A stretch of 64,000 bases of DNA from an uncultured Planctomycetaceae bacterium (GTDB lineage Bacteria > Planctomycetota > Planctomycetia > Isosphaerales > Isosphaeraceae). Under the pieces are notes generated by a model. It was not told the origin of the DNA. It saw only the letters and a program-made list of their open reading frames with translations, and did no database searches. Position numbers and translations under genes: made by a program. The DNA is taken from contig CAWIAD010000001.1 of the NCBI GenBank assembly GCA_963833985.1, forward strand, positions 3,008,001 to 3,072,000, written 5' to 3'. Shown here piece by piece: positions 43,970 to 52,933 of the stretch. Positions within the stretch are counted from its first letter, which is position 1. Every line of letters starts with the position of its first letter.

Positions 43970-46066
43970 TCACCAGATTCGCACTCTCTGCTCCGGCGGC
44001 AGCCAGAGCCGGTCTCCGGGCTTGACGCCAAACGCGGAGTAAAACTCCGGCAGGTTGCGGAGCACGCCGTTGCAGCGGAATTCCGGAGGCGAGTGCGGGT
44101 CGGTTGCGAGCCGGCGCGACAGCTCGGCGTCGCGGTACTTGCTCCGCCAGACCTGTGCCCATCCCACGAAGAAACGCTGCTCGCCGGTCAGCCCATCGAT
44201 CACGAGAGTCTGCTGACCCTTCAGCGACCGCTTGTAGGCCTTGTAAGCAATCGATAGCCCGCCGAGATCGCCGATGTTCTCGCCGATCGTCATCGCCCCG
44301 TTCACCCTTTGACCACGAAGCTGCGACGGCTCGAAACCGCCGTACTGGTCGATCAACCGTCGGGTGCGGCCATCGAATTCCTTGCGGTCTGCGTCGGTCC
44401 ACCAGCTCACCATGTTGCCGTTGCCGTCGGATTTCGACCCCTGATCGTCAAACCCGTGGCCGATCTCGTGTCCAATCACCGCACCGATGCCGCCGTAGTT
44501 CACGGCGTCGTCCACCGCCATGTTGAAGAATGGGGGCTGGAGGATCGCGGCGGGGAAGACGATCTCGTTCATTCCCGGGTTGTAGTAGGCGTTGACGGTC
44601 TGCGGCGTCATGTGCCACTCATCCCGATCGACCGGCTGGCCAAGCTTGGCGAGGTGGCGCGCCACCTCGAACGCCACCGAACGGCGGAAGTTGCCCAGCA
44701 GGTCGTCGCGATGAATGACAAGCTTCGAGTAGTCGCGCCACTTGTCGGGATAGCCGATCTTGGGGTGAAACTTCGCAAGCTTCTCCAGGGCCCGCTCGCG
44801 GGTCTCCGGGCCCATCCATTCCAGAGAGGAGATCTCGTCGTGATAGGCGTCGATCAGGTTTGCCACCAGCTGCTGCATGCGCGACCTGGCCGCCGGTGGA
44901 AACCGCCGCGATACATAGATGCGGCCCACGGCCTCGCCCATCGCCTCGCCCACAAGCGCCACCCCGCGCTTCCAGCGGGGACGAAGTTCCGGAGCCCCGG
45001 TCAGTACCTTGCCAAAGAACGCGAAGTCCTCATCGACGAAGGGCTTGCCCAGGTAAGGTGCGAAGCGGTGCAGGAGGTGCCAGGTCAGCCAGTTTTTCCA
45101 GTGATCCAGCGGCAGTTTTCCCAGCGTGGGAGACAGTGCGGTGAAGAAGTCGGGCTGGCGTACGATGACCTCGTGAATCTCCGGCTCCCGGGCGCCGTAA
45201 GCTTGCAGCCAGTCCCGCCAGTCGACCCCGGGGACCATGGCCTCCAGCTCGTGCCGATCCTTCTTGTTGTAACTTAGCGTGCGGTCACGCCGCTTGACCC
45301 GATCCCAGTGGTGCTTCGCCAGTTCGGTCTCAACAATCAACACGCTGCGGGCAGCCGCCTGGGGCGAAGGGACGCCGGCCAGAGCGAGCATCCGTTCCAG
45401 GTGCCCGGCGAACTGCTGGCGGATCGGCTGGAACTTCGGGTCGCGGTAATAGGCTTCGTCCGGCAGCGAGATCCCGCTCTGGACAAGACTGAGGATGTAG
45501 CGGTCGGACTGCTTGTCGTCGGTATTGATCGAGATCCCGAAAAGGCCGCCAACCCCGTCGCGCTGGAGCTCGGCAATCAGGTGCAGCAGGCCCGGCATGT
45601 CGCGAACCGCGGCGATTCGCTTCAGGTCCTCGGCGATCGGTTGCAATCCGCGCCGCTGGACTCCTTCCTCATCCATGAAACTGGCAAAGAGGTCGCCGAT
45701 CTTCCGCGTGTCCGAGCCGGGGCTGGCGATGGCCTGCGACGTTTCCAGGGCGATGGCGTGCAGGTCCGCCTCGCTCTTCTCGATGAGCTCCACGAAAGAC
45801 CCGTAATAGCTGCGATCGGGCGGGATGTCGACCCGCCCGAGCCAGGCTCCGTTGACATGGCGAAAGAAATCATCCTGCGGTCGGACGTTACGGTCGAACC
45901 CCTGGAGGTCGATCCCCGAGCGGGCTGCGGTACCGGCAGGTCGGTCCCCTCCCCTGACGACCGTCGCGAGCCCGAACGAGAGACAAAGAATTCCCAGAAC
46001 GGCGCGGCAAGCAGGTGATCTCATGTCCCAACCCGAAAGTGACTGATGGCCTTTACTCGATGCCAT
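43970..46066 (-). CDS. M13 family zinc metallopeptidase (neprilysin/PepO-like); start may be 46024
   Basis: PQDDFFRHVNGAW, VNAYY, GHEIGHGFDDQG, GENIGDLGG, DPHSP, RVRIW. Confidence 0.96.
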   Translation of the reverse strand: MASSKGHQSLSGWDMRSPACRAVLGILCLSFGLATVVRGGDRPAGTAARSGIDLQGFDRNVRPQDDFFRHVNGAWLGRVDIPPDRSYYGSFVELIEKSEADLHAIALETSQAIASPGSDTRKIGDLFASFMDEEGVQRRGLQPIAEDLKRIAAVRDMPGLLHLIAELQRDGVGGLFGISINTDDKQSDRYILSLVQSGISLPDEAYYRDPKFQPIRQQFAGHLERMLALAGVPSPQAAARSVLIVETELAKHHWDRVKRRDRTLSYNKKDRHELEAMVPGVDWRDWLQAYGAREPEIHEVIVRQPDFFTALSPTLGKLPLDHWKNWLTWHLLHRFAPYLGKPFVDEDFAFFGKVLTGAPELRPRWKRGVALVGEAMGEAVGRIYVSRRFPPAARSRMQQLVANLIDAYHDEISSLEWMGPETRERALEKLAKFHPKIGYPDKWRDYSKLVIHRDDLLGNFRRSVAFEVARHLAKLGQPVDRDEWHMTPQTVNAYYNPGMNEIVFPAAILQPPFFNMAVDDAVNYGGIGAVIGHEIGHGFDDQGSKSDGNGNMVSWWTDADRKEFDGRTRRLIDQYGGFEPSQLRGQRVNGAMTIGENIGDLGGLSIAYKAYKRSLKGQQTLVIDGLTGEQRFFVGWAQVWRSKYRDAELSRRLATDPHSPPEFRCNGVLRNLPEFYSAFGVKPGDRLWLPPEQRVRIW

Positions 46067-46086
46067 TGAAGGCCATCCTAGCTTAG

Positions 46087-46785
46087 TCACTGAGACGGCG
46101 GACCGCCAGCAGGAGGGCCGCCAGCACCAGGAGGTCCACCAGGGCCGCCAGGAGGACCACCGGGACCGCCAGGGCCACCAGGAGGGCCACCAGGACCGCC
46201 AGGGCCACCAGGAGGGCCACCGGGACCGCCGGGGCCACCAGGAGGTCCGCCAGGGCCGCCGGGACCGCCAGGAGGACCTCCTGGTCCGCCACGACGCATC
46301 ATGCGATGTTCACGGTGGCACGCCATGCACGAGCTGGACAGGCTGTCGAGCGATTCCTTGGTCCTGGCCGCGTCCTTGGCCTGCGCCGCTTGATCGAGCT
46401 CGGTGGCCGCTGCCGCGAAGGCCTGGCTCAGCTTGGCCCAAGAATCCTTCGAACCCCGGGGGGGGTCCAGCTTGCCGGCTTCCCCGGCGAGCTGCGCAAA
46501 CTCCCTGGTCTTGGGCTGGATGGAGGACCAGTCAGGCTCCGCCTGCTTGAGGGCCGTCGTCAAGGATCCCTGGAGCGCCTGGGGCCCGCGGCCCACCTTC
46601 TCCATGATCTCCTTGAGCCGCGGATTCGATTTGGTAGCTTCCCGCGCTCCCGGCCCAGGGGCGTTCCCGGGTGCGCCTGCACCCAGATTCGGGGCTTCGT
46701 TGGGGCTCTCCTCTGCGCAGCCCGCGGTGAAGAGCAGCGAAATCGCAAGCGATGTCGTCGCAAGGAGCAGGCGAGTTCCGACCAT
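46087..46785 (-). CDS. Lipoprotein cytochrome c (cytochrome c'-like) with Gly-Pro repeat tail
   Basis: Lipobox FTAGC; helical body; C-terminal CMACHREHR; then GGPPGGPGGP repeats. Confidence 0.8.
   Translation of the reverse strand: MVGTRLLLATTSLAISLLFTAGCAEESPNEAPNLGAGAPGNAPGPGAREATKSNPRLKEIMEKVGRGPQALQGSLTTALKQAEPDWSSIQPKTREFAQLAGEAGKLDPPRGSKDSWAKLSQAFAAAATELDQAAQAKDAARTKESLDSLSSSCMACHREHRMMRRGGPGGPPGGPGGPGGPPGGPGGPGGPPGGPGGPGGPPGGPGGPGGPPGGPGGPPGAGGPPAGGPPSQ
46100..46290 (-). repeat. Degenerate ~30-nt tandem repeat encoding (GGPPGGPGGP)n
   Basis: Repeated ccaggagggccaccgggaccgccagggcca-like units with synonymous variation. Confidence 0.9.
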
Positions 46786-47000
46786 GCAAGAACCTTTCGA
46801 GCTGAGAATCCGAGAATCGGCCATGAAAGACGGTTCATGGCCCCGGGCGTCCTGCGATGAGAGCGTCAACCGCCCGCCTGGCGGTACGGCATTCGCGATC
46901 ATTGCCTGGTTCTTTACAGAGCTTTACGTGCCAGCGGCGGAGAGGGCTCTTCGCGTTCGGCGGCTCCACGCGAAGTACCAACAAAAATGCCGATCCTCGA

Positions 47001-47019
47001 CTTCCGAAATTTTCGGAAG
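47001..47019. promoter_or_regulatory. Perfect 9-1-9 inverted repeat, possible operator
   Basis: CTTCCGAAA-T-TTTCGGAAG, about 215 bp upstream of the cytochrome c'-like gene. Confidence 0.45.
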
Positions 47020-47127
47020 GAGGACCGGCCTGAATTCCTCGGACACCAACGATACGGTATGGACTCGACGTAGCTTGACCTGGCAAACGACGGCGATCGT
47101 GAGAGATCCGATCAACCCGGAATGGGC

Positions 47128-47325
47128 TCAACGCTCGAAGGGCACACGCTCGCCGATGCGGCCGCCCCGAGTGGAATTGGCGTAAGTGGCGGTGAGCATT
47201 CCCAGCAAGGCGGCACGCCGGCCGGCGCGGGTGGACTTGCCACCACGCCGCACTCGAGCGACTGCGCCCGCCCATTCAAAACCGGCATGCGAAGGTGCAG
47301 CTTTCTTGGACTTCGGTTCATTCAT
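47128..47325 (-). CDS. Small basic hypothetical protein (65 aa)
   Basis: GGGGAG RBS before ATG; MNEPKSKK...RVPFER; sits in an otherwise ~1 kb gap. Confidence 0.4.
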   Translation of the reverse strand: MNEPKSKKAAPSHAGFEWAGAVARVRRGGKSTRAGRRAALLGMLTATYANSTRGGRIGERVPFER

Positions 47326-47866
47326 CGACAAAAACTCCCCACGAGCAGAAACGCGACCTCAAAGAGCAGGTCAACGCTCCAGCACTCCCTTGGCCCGGCA
47401 GGAACCCGAATTCCCCCGGAATCGCCATCCTGGCTCTGGTCAGTGCGAGCCGCCTTGATCGGTGGCGGCTCCCGTCTCGATGAGCCAATGCTCGGCTGTC
47501 TACTTCTCAACCGCGGCGACTTGGCGGTTCGCCGCGACGATGACCGGCGACAGTCCTCGCAAGTTCCCATTTCATCGGATCAACCGCGTGTCCATATTGA
47601 CCACGATTGAAACCGACCAGGACAGTTCATGAAGCAGGGAAATGGGCGGCGACCTCCAGACTGCGCGAGTTTCGATCGCCGAACCATGTCCTCCTTCCAG
47701 ACACTGCCCAAACTGTATCAGCCCGGACAGCCTGCGTCTAGAAAAAAAAAGAGCCCTTGCGCGATTTCCGAAGCCCCGTTCGCCCGCAGCGCCTTCCCCG
47801 TTTGCCGGACTGCCGCGAGAGTGCGGTAATCACGCAGCAAATTCACCACGCTCCGGCCCGACCCTT

Positions 47867-49129
47867 CTACCTAAAGCCAATCAGGGCCAGCCAATCGGTC
47901 AACGATGATGACCCGGTAACGCCACCCGCGAGACCACCCAGTTGCGGGTGCAGCCGGTGGGCCAGAGCGGCGAGCAGAAGCAACAGGGTGTTCAAACCAT
48001 TGAACGCGGAATGCATCGTCACAACGGCCAGCAGGCTACCGGTTCGCTCAAACAGCAGTCCCAGCGCCACGGAAAGCGGGAAGATCGCGATCGGCGCAGG
48101 CCATTGGGGCAAATGCATGCCTGCAAAGATAAGTGATGTAAGCAAGATTGGCAGGAACAGGGTCCGCGATGAGGCGCGTGGTGGTGGTTGGCCTGGTGCC
48201 ACCGGATCGCTTTGTGCGCTAGCCGGCGGATCTCCGAGGCTCACCTCGCGGAGCTCCCGCGAATCTCCATCGCCGCCGGCAGAGGCATCGTTTGCCAGGG
48301 TGCTGGTTCCGGCTGGGGACGGTTCCGGCAGCCAGCGCGCAACCCAGCGCTGGAACATGCCTCGGAACAGCAGCTCCTCGATCAAGGGGGCCAGGACCAT
48401 GGTGGAGACCACCGCCAGGAGAGCCACAGGAAGCGTGAGCCCGTCCAGGACCATCTGCTCCACGGGGTGAGATTGCGGCGTCCAGATCCGGATCGCCGCG
48501 AGCTGGATTGCACAGACCAGGGGCGTCATCAAGAGCGCGGCCGTGAGCCCCTCCTGCACCTGAAGCTGCCAGCCGCGCAGGTCCAGCCCAAGCTCCAGGA
48601 GCCCGGCGCCCGAACTGAACCGCACACACATCGGAACCAGGACGAGCAGCAAAGCGTTGCTGATGGCAAACTGGAGCATCATCTCGGCCAGCGTCTGTTC
48701 TCCGGACGCGTTCTTCCCGGGCTCCGCGCCAGCCGCTTTCTCGGGCCGGACGTCGCGGCTGGCCTCTGCCTCAGGCGCTGAACGGTCATCCGCCCGATCC
48801 CGTTCGCTGGCCTTGGCCGGCTCCCGAGGGCCGTGGTCCGGCGGCTTCGCCTGCTGTGCGGCACGGGCCGGACGCCGGTGGGTGGCCGTATAGTAAACCT
48901 TGGCGACCGAGAGGTTCACGCCCAGGTAAAGCAGCACGACGGCGAAGATGGTCAGGCTGCCCCACGAGGCCGGCCGAAGACGGTTGCCAGGGCGGCCCGC
49001 AAGTATTGGCAGCCCCTTCCAGACCCGGCCCAGCGCCCAGACCCAGGTGCCAAGCATTGCCGCCAGCGCCGTGGCCAGAACCAGGGAGAGCACCGAAAAG
49101 GCAAGGAGTTCGGGGGAGAAACGGTCCAT
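47867..49129 (-). CDS. CPBP (CAAX/Abi) family intramembrane metalloprotease
   Basis: APLIEELLFRG, FAGMH, RTGSLLAVVTMHSAFN; multiple TMs. Confidence 0.9.
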   Translation of the reverse strand: MDRFSPELLAFSVLSLVLATALAAMLGTWVWALGRVWKGLPILAGRPGNRLRPASWGSLTIFAVVLLYLGVNLSVAKVYYTATHRRPARAAQQAKPPDHGPREPAKASERDRADDRSAPEAEASRDVRPEKAAGAEPGKNASGEQTLAEMMLQFAISNALLLVLVPMCVRFSSGAGLLELGLDLRGWQLQVQEGLTAALLMTPLVCAIQLAAIRIWTPQSHPVEQMVLDGLTLPVALLAVVSTMVLAPLIEELLFRGMFQRWVARWLPEPSPAGTSTLANDASAGGDGDSRELREVSLGDPPASAQSDPVAPGQPPPRASSRTLFLPILLTSLIFAGMHLPQWPAPIAIFPLSVALGLLFERTGSLLAVVTMHSAFNGLNTLLLLLAALAHRLHPQLGGLAGGVTGSSSLTDWLALIGFR

Positions 49130-49306
49130 GAGACGGATGGAGCCCTCAGAACGGTGGCGGCGACAATCGGTCCATCCATCGTACCCGCCGCAAGCCGGTT
49201 CGGCCACCTTGTCCGGACCGGGCCCCCGCTCTAGAATCGCCCTGCGTGTACCGACGCGCGAACAGTGCTGATGCACGATAAACCCGAGCGGGAGCCAGTC
49301 CTGACG

Positions 49307-50522
49307 ATGCCCGAGATTGATGACCAGCTTCGCGTCCTCTCCCGGGGAGTGGACCAGATTGCTCCGGAAGACGAGTTCCGCAGGAAGCTGGAGCGGTCAC
49401 TCCGCGATCGCCGTCCCCTGCGCGTCAAGTACGGTATCGATCCGACCGGCATCGACGTGCATCTCGGCCACACCGTTCCCCTGCGCAAGCTCAGACAGTT
49501 TCAGGACCTGGGACATGCTGCGGTCATCATCATCGGCAACTATACGGCACTCGTCGGAGATCCCTCGGGCCGCGACGAGACCCGCGCGGTTGACGCAAGA
49601 GCAGGTGCAGGCCAACGCCCGCGACTACCTCCAGCAGGTCGGCCGCATCATCGACCTCCAGCGCGCCGAGGTGCATCATAACGGCGACTGGTTCTCGCGC
49701 TGGTCGTTTCTCCAGGTACTCGACCTGATGCGGCACATGACCCTCGGTCAGATGAGCGCCCGTGAGGATTTCGCGCAGCGGATCGCCGCCGAGAAGCCCG
49801 TCTATTTGCACGAGTGCCTGTACCCCCTCATGCAGGGGTGGGATTCAGTCGAGATCAAGGCCGACGTGGAGTTGGGCGGAACGGAGCAGCTCTTCAGCTT
49901 GCTTGTCGCTCGGGACTTGCAGCACTCCCAGGGACAGGAACCGCAGGTGGCGATGACCATGCCGATTCTGGTCGGCACCGACGGCGTCCGCCGCATGGGG
50001 AAGAGTCTGGGGAATTACATCGGCGTGGGCGAGACGCCTGAGAACCAGTTCGGCAAGGTGATGAGCGTACCCGACGAGCCGATGCGCCAGTATTTCACGC
50101 TGCTGACGGACCTGCCGATCTCCGAGATCGATCGCCTGCTCGCTCCGGAGGTGAATCCCAGGGACGCCAAGGAGGTTCTCGGCAAGGCCGTCGTCACCCA
50201 GTATCACGGGGCCGAAGCCGCCGACCAGGCGGCCGCCGAGTTTCGCCGCCGGGCCGCGGGGGATGATCCTGACGAGATTCCTGATGTCACACTCTCCGCG
50301 GACAGGCTCGACGCCGAAGGCCGGATTCCCGGACCCATTCTCATCAAGGAACTGGGGCTCGAAACCAGCACGTCCAACGCGCGCCGTGTGATCGAGCAGG
50401 GCGGTTTCAACGTCGGCCCTCACCGGGAGGCCGTCTCCGACCCGAAAGCGCTGATCCAGGTGTCCGACGGCTTGATCGTCCGGGTGGGCAAGCGCAAGAT
50501 CGCAAGAGTACGGCTGGTCTGA
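49307..50522 (+). CDS. tyrS: Tyrosine--tRNA ligase; apparent frameshift near 49588
   Basis: [16 protein letters not shown] and GDPSGR in the first frame; [24 protein letters not shown] and an S4-like tail in the second. Confidence 0.95.
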
Positions 50523-50561
50523 TCGAGGGCGCAGTCACCGAGGGGCGGGGAAGTTCTGGCC

Positions 50562-51623
50562 ATGGCTCAGCACGGTTTCGGCATCATCGGCTGCGGCATG
50601 ATCGCCGAGTTTCATACCCGGGCGATCCTGGAGATCCCCGGCGCCCGGGTGGTGGCCGCCTGTAGCCGCAACCGTGCCAACGCCGACAAGATCGCCGGCC
50701 TCGCCGGCGGCTGCCGGGTGTTCGACCACCTGGACGCGATGCTGTCTCTTCCCGAGATTGACGTGGTCTGCATCTGCACGCCCAGCGGCGCCCATGCCGA
50801 GCCGGCCGTGCAGTCAGCCCGGGCTGGAAAGCACGTGGTCGTGGAGAAACCGCTGGAGATCACCCTGGCCCGATGCGACGCGATCATCGAGGCCTGCGAC
50901 GCGGCCGGCGTGCGGCTCTGCACCATCTTCCCCTCACGCTTCACGCCCGCCAACCTGCGCCTCAAGGAGGCCATCGAGGCTGGCCGGTTCGGCCGCCTCA
51001 CCCTTGGCGACACCCACGTCAAATGGTGGCGCACCCAGCAGTATTACGATTCCGGCGGCTGGCGCGGCACCTGGGCGCTGGACGGCGGCGGAGCGCTCAT
51101 GAACCAGGCCATCCACAACGTGGATCTGCTCTGCTGGCTGATGGGCGACGTCCAGTCGGTGGCGGCCCACTCGGCGACGCTGGCGCACCTGCGGATCGAG
51201 GTGGAGGATACCGCGGTGGCCAGCCTGCGGTTCGCGAATGGCGCGCTGGGTACCATCGAGGCGGCCACAAGCGCTTACCCGGGGCTGCTCAAGCGCACCG
51301 AGATCCACGGCGACCGGGGCTCCGCCCGGGTCGAGCAGGACGACATCACACTCTGGGAATTTCAGGAAAAGGTCCCCAGCGACAACGAGGTTTATTCGGC
51401 CATGGCGGCCGTCTCGGGCTTCAAGGCTGGCGCCAGCGATCCGCGCGGCATCACCCACGAAGGGCACCGTGACCAGATCCTTGATTTCCTCACGGCCATC
51501 GATCACAACCGGGCCCCCCTGGTGGACGGGCGCGAAGGGCGAAAGTCGGTCGAGATCATCCGGGCAATCTACCAGTCGGCCGGATCGGCACGGACCGTCA
51601 CGCTGCCATTCCACGAGCAATGA
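50562..51623 (+). CDS. Gfo/Idh/MocA family oxidoreductase
   Basis: GIIGCGMIA, CTPSGAH, GKHVVVEKP, GGGALMNQAIH. Confidence 0.95.
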   Translation: MAQHGFGIIGCGMIAEFHTRAILEIPGARVVAACSRNRANADKIAGLAGGCRVFDHLDAMLSLPEIDVVCICTPSGAHAEPAVQSARAGKHVVVEKPLEITLARCDAIIEACDAAGVRLCTIFPSRFTPANLRLKEAIEAGRFGRLTLGDTHVKWWRTQQYYDSGGWRGTWALDGGGALMNQAIHNVDLLCWLMGDVQSVAAHSATLAHLRIEVEDTAVASLRFANGALGTIEAATSAYPGLLKRTEIHGDRGSARVEQDDITLWEFQEKVPSDNEVYSAMAAVSGFKAGASDPRGITHEGHRDQILDFLTAIDHNRAPLVDGREGRKSVEIIRAIYQSAGSARTVTLPFHEQ

Positions 51624-52018
51624 GCCGCTTCGGCGGACCAGGCCTGCTTTCGTCCGCCGGCCATTGATCCGGACCTTCCCCTGGAACCGAATTCCGGCGC
51701 ACCCAGCCCGGTCGCCATCGCTCCGCGACGGAGCGCGCGGGGAATTGGAGGGGTCCTCCTCCGACTGGCATTCCGAGCAAGTATGGCTCGTGATCCAGCC
51801 AGACAAGACGCTCGGTCGGCAGCATGCCGCATGATCGTGCCTGGAATAAATTCATTTTAAGGTCCTGCGGACAATTGATGGCAGAAATGCCTAGTTTGGG
51901 ATAATCTAAGAGATACGCGCGGGAATGTCGCCTGATTCCCAGCTTGGATCGTGAGTCCGCAACACGTCGTTCAGTCAATTCGCTCGAGACGAGCCGATGC
52001 GCCTTTGGGAGGCGAGTG

Positions 52019-52933
52019 ATGCCCAAGTCCGTCTTCATCAGCTACAGCCGCGCGCAGGGCGACTGGGTATTCGACCGATTGATCCCTCTCCTGCAAGCGG
52101 CGGGGATCGAGATCTTTGTGGATCGAGAACGGTTCAAGGCCGGCCGACCGCTGATCCCGTCGATGGAAGAATGGCAGGACAAGGCCGACATCAACGTGCT
52201 GGTGTTCTCGCCGGATTATCTTGAGAGCGAGTATTGCCAGCATGAGATGAACCGGGCCATCAGGCGGGATCCGAAGTTCGCGAAAGGAATCATCATTCCG
52301 GTGATGCGCGCCGAGTGCGTCCTTCCCCCCAAGATCAAGAAGGCGAATCCGCTGTTCGTGGACCTCGCTCCTGACAGGGAGGCAGAACCCTGGAAGAAAC
52401 TGCTTGAAGCCTGCGAGGGGTCACTGGGGACTTGCCCCCGGGAGTGGCTGAGCGCCCGGGATTCGATGCGCAAGCACCTTGAGAAGAAAGAGTCCGTCAA
52501 CCTGGTCGTCAGCGGAGGCGCGAGCTGGCGTCAGCTCATCGAGCACCTGCACAAGGACAGGGGCAACGATCTGGGCCTGGTTGACCTTCAGAACCCGGCC
52601 ACCTTTTCGAGAAAGGGACTGGTGCAGGCAATCCTCAGCGCTGCCGGCTCGACCATGGAGCCTCCCGAGGAGCCCGCGGACCTGATGCTGCTTGGAGATG
52701 TCATCGAGAGCCGCAAGCTGACACGCATTGCATTGACGCATTTTGATCTGATCGCGAGACGCAGCCTTGGCAACAAGGATGACCTGTTCTGCGCCCTCCG
52801 CTACTGGCTGATGGAGACGCGCAAGCTGGTGCTGCTGGTGCAGTCGCGCGAACCGTTCAATCGCCTGGTCTCGGCCGACCACCCGCTATCGCCCATCTCG
52901 TTGAAGATTGTCGAGCTGAAGGAGCAGGCATGA
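52019..52933 (+). CDS. TIR domain protein with C-terminal degenerate P-loop/STAND-like domain
   Basis: VFISYSR, IFVD, VFSPDYLESEYCQHE, IIPV (TIR_2 pattern); GGGAGG RBS; stop overlaps the next ATG (ATGA). Confidence 0.88.
   Translation: MPKSVFISYSRAQGDWVFDRLIPLLQAAGIEIFVDRERFKAGRPLIPSMEEWQDKADINVLVFSPDYLESEYCQHEMNRAIRRDPKFAKGIIIPVMRAECVLPPKIKKANPLFVDLAPDREAEPWKKLLEACEGSLGTCPREWLSARDSMRKHLEKKESVNLVVSGGASWRQLIEHLHKDRGNDLGLVDLQNPATFSRKGLVQAILSAAGSTMEPPEEPADLMLLGDVIESRKLTRIALTHFDLIARRSLGNKDDLFCALRYWLMETRKLVLLVQSREPFNRLVSADHPLSPISLKIVELKEQA

Noticed and set aside
46100..46290. Tandem repeats as a possible CRISPR array
   Set aside because: No unique spacers; units vary at synonymous positions inside a coding frame; no cas genes.
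47867..49129. CPBP/Abi protease as abortive infection or bacteriocin immunity
   Set aside because: The family name does not imply a defence role, and no precursor or transporter genes are adjacent.
49570..49600. Programmed frameshift in tyrS
   Set aside because: No slippery heptamer; the break lies in a CG run and similar indels occur across the window.
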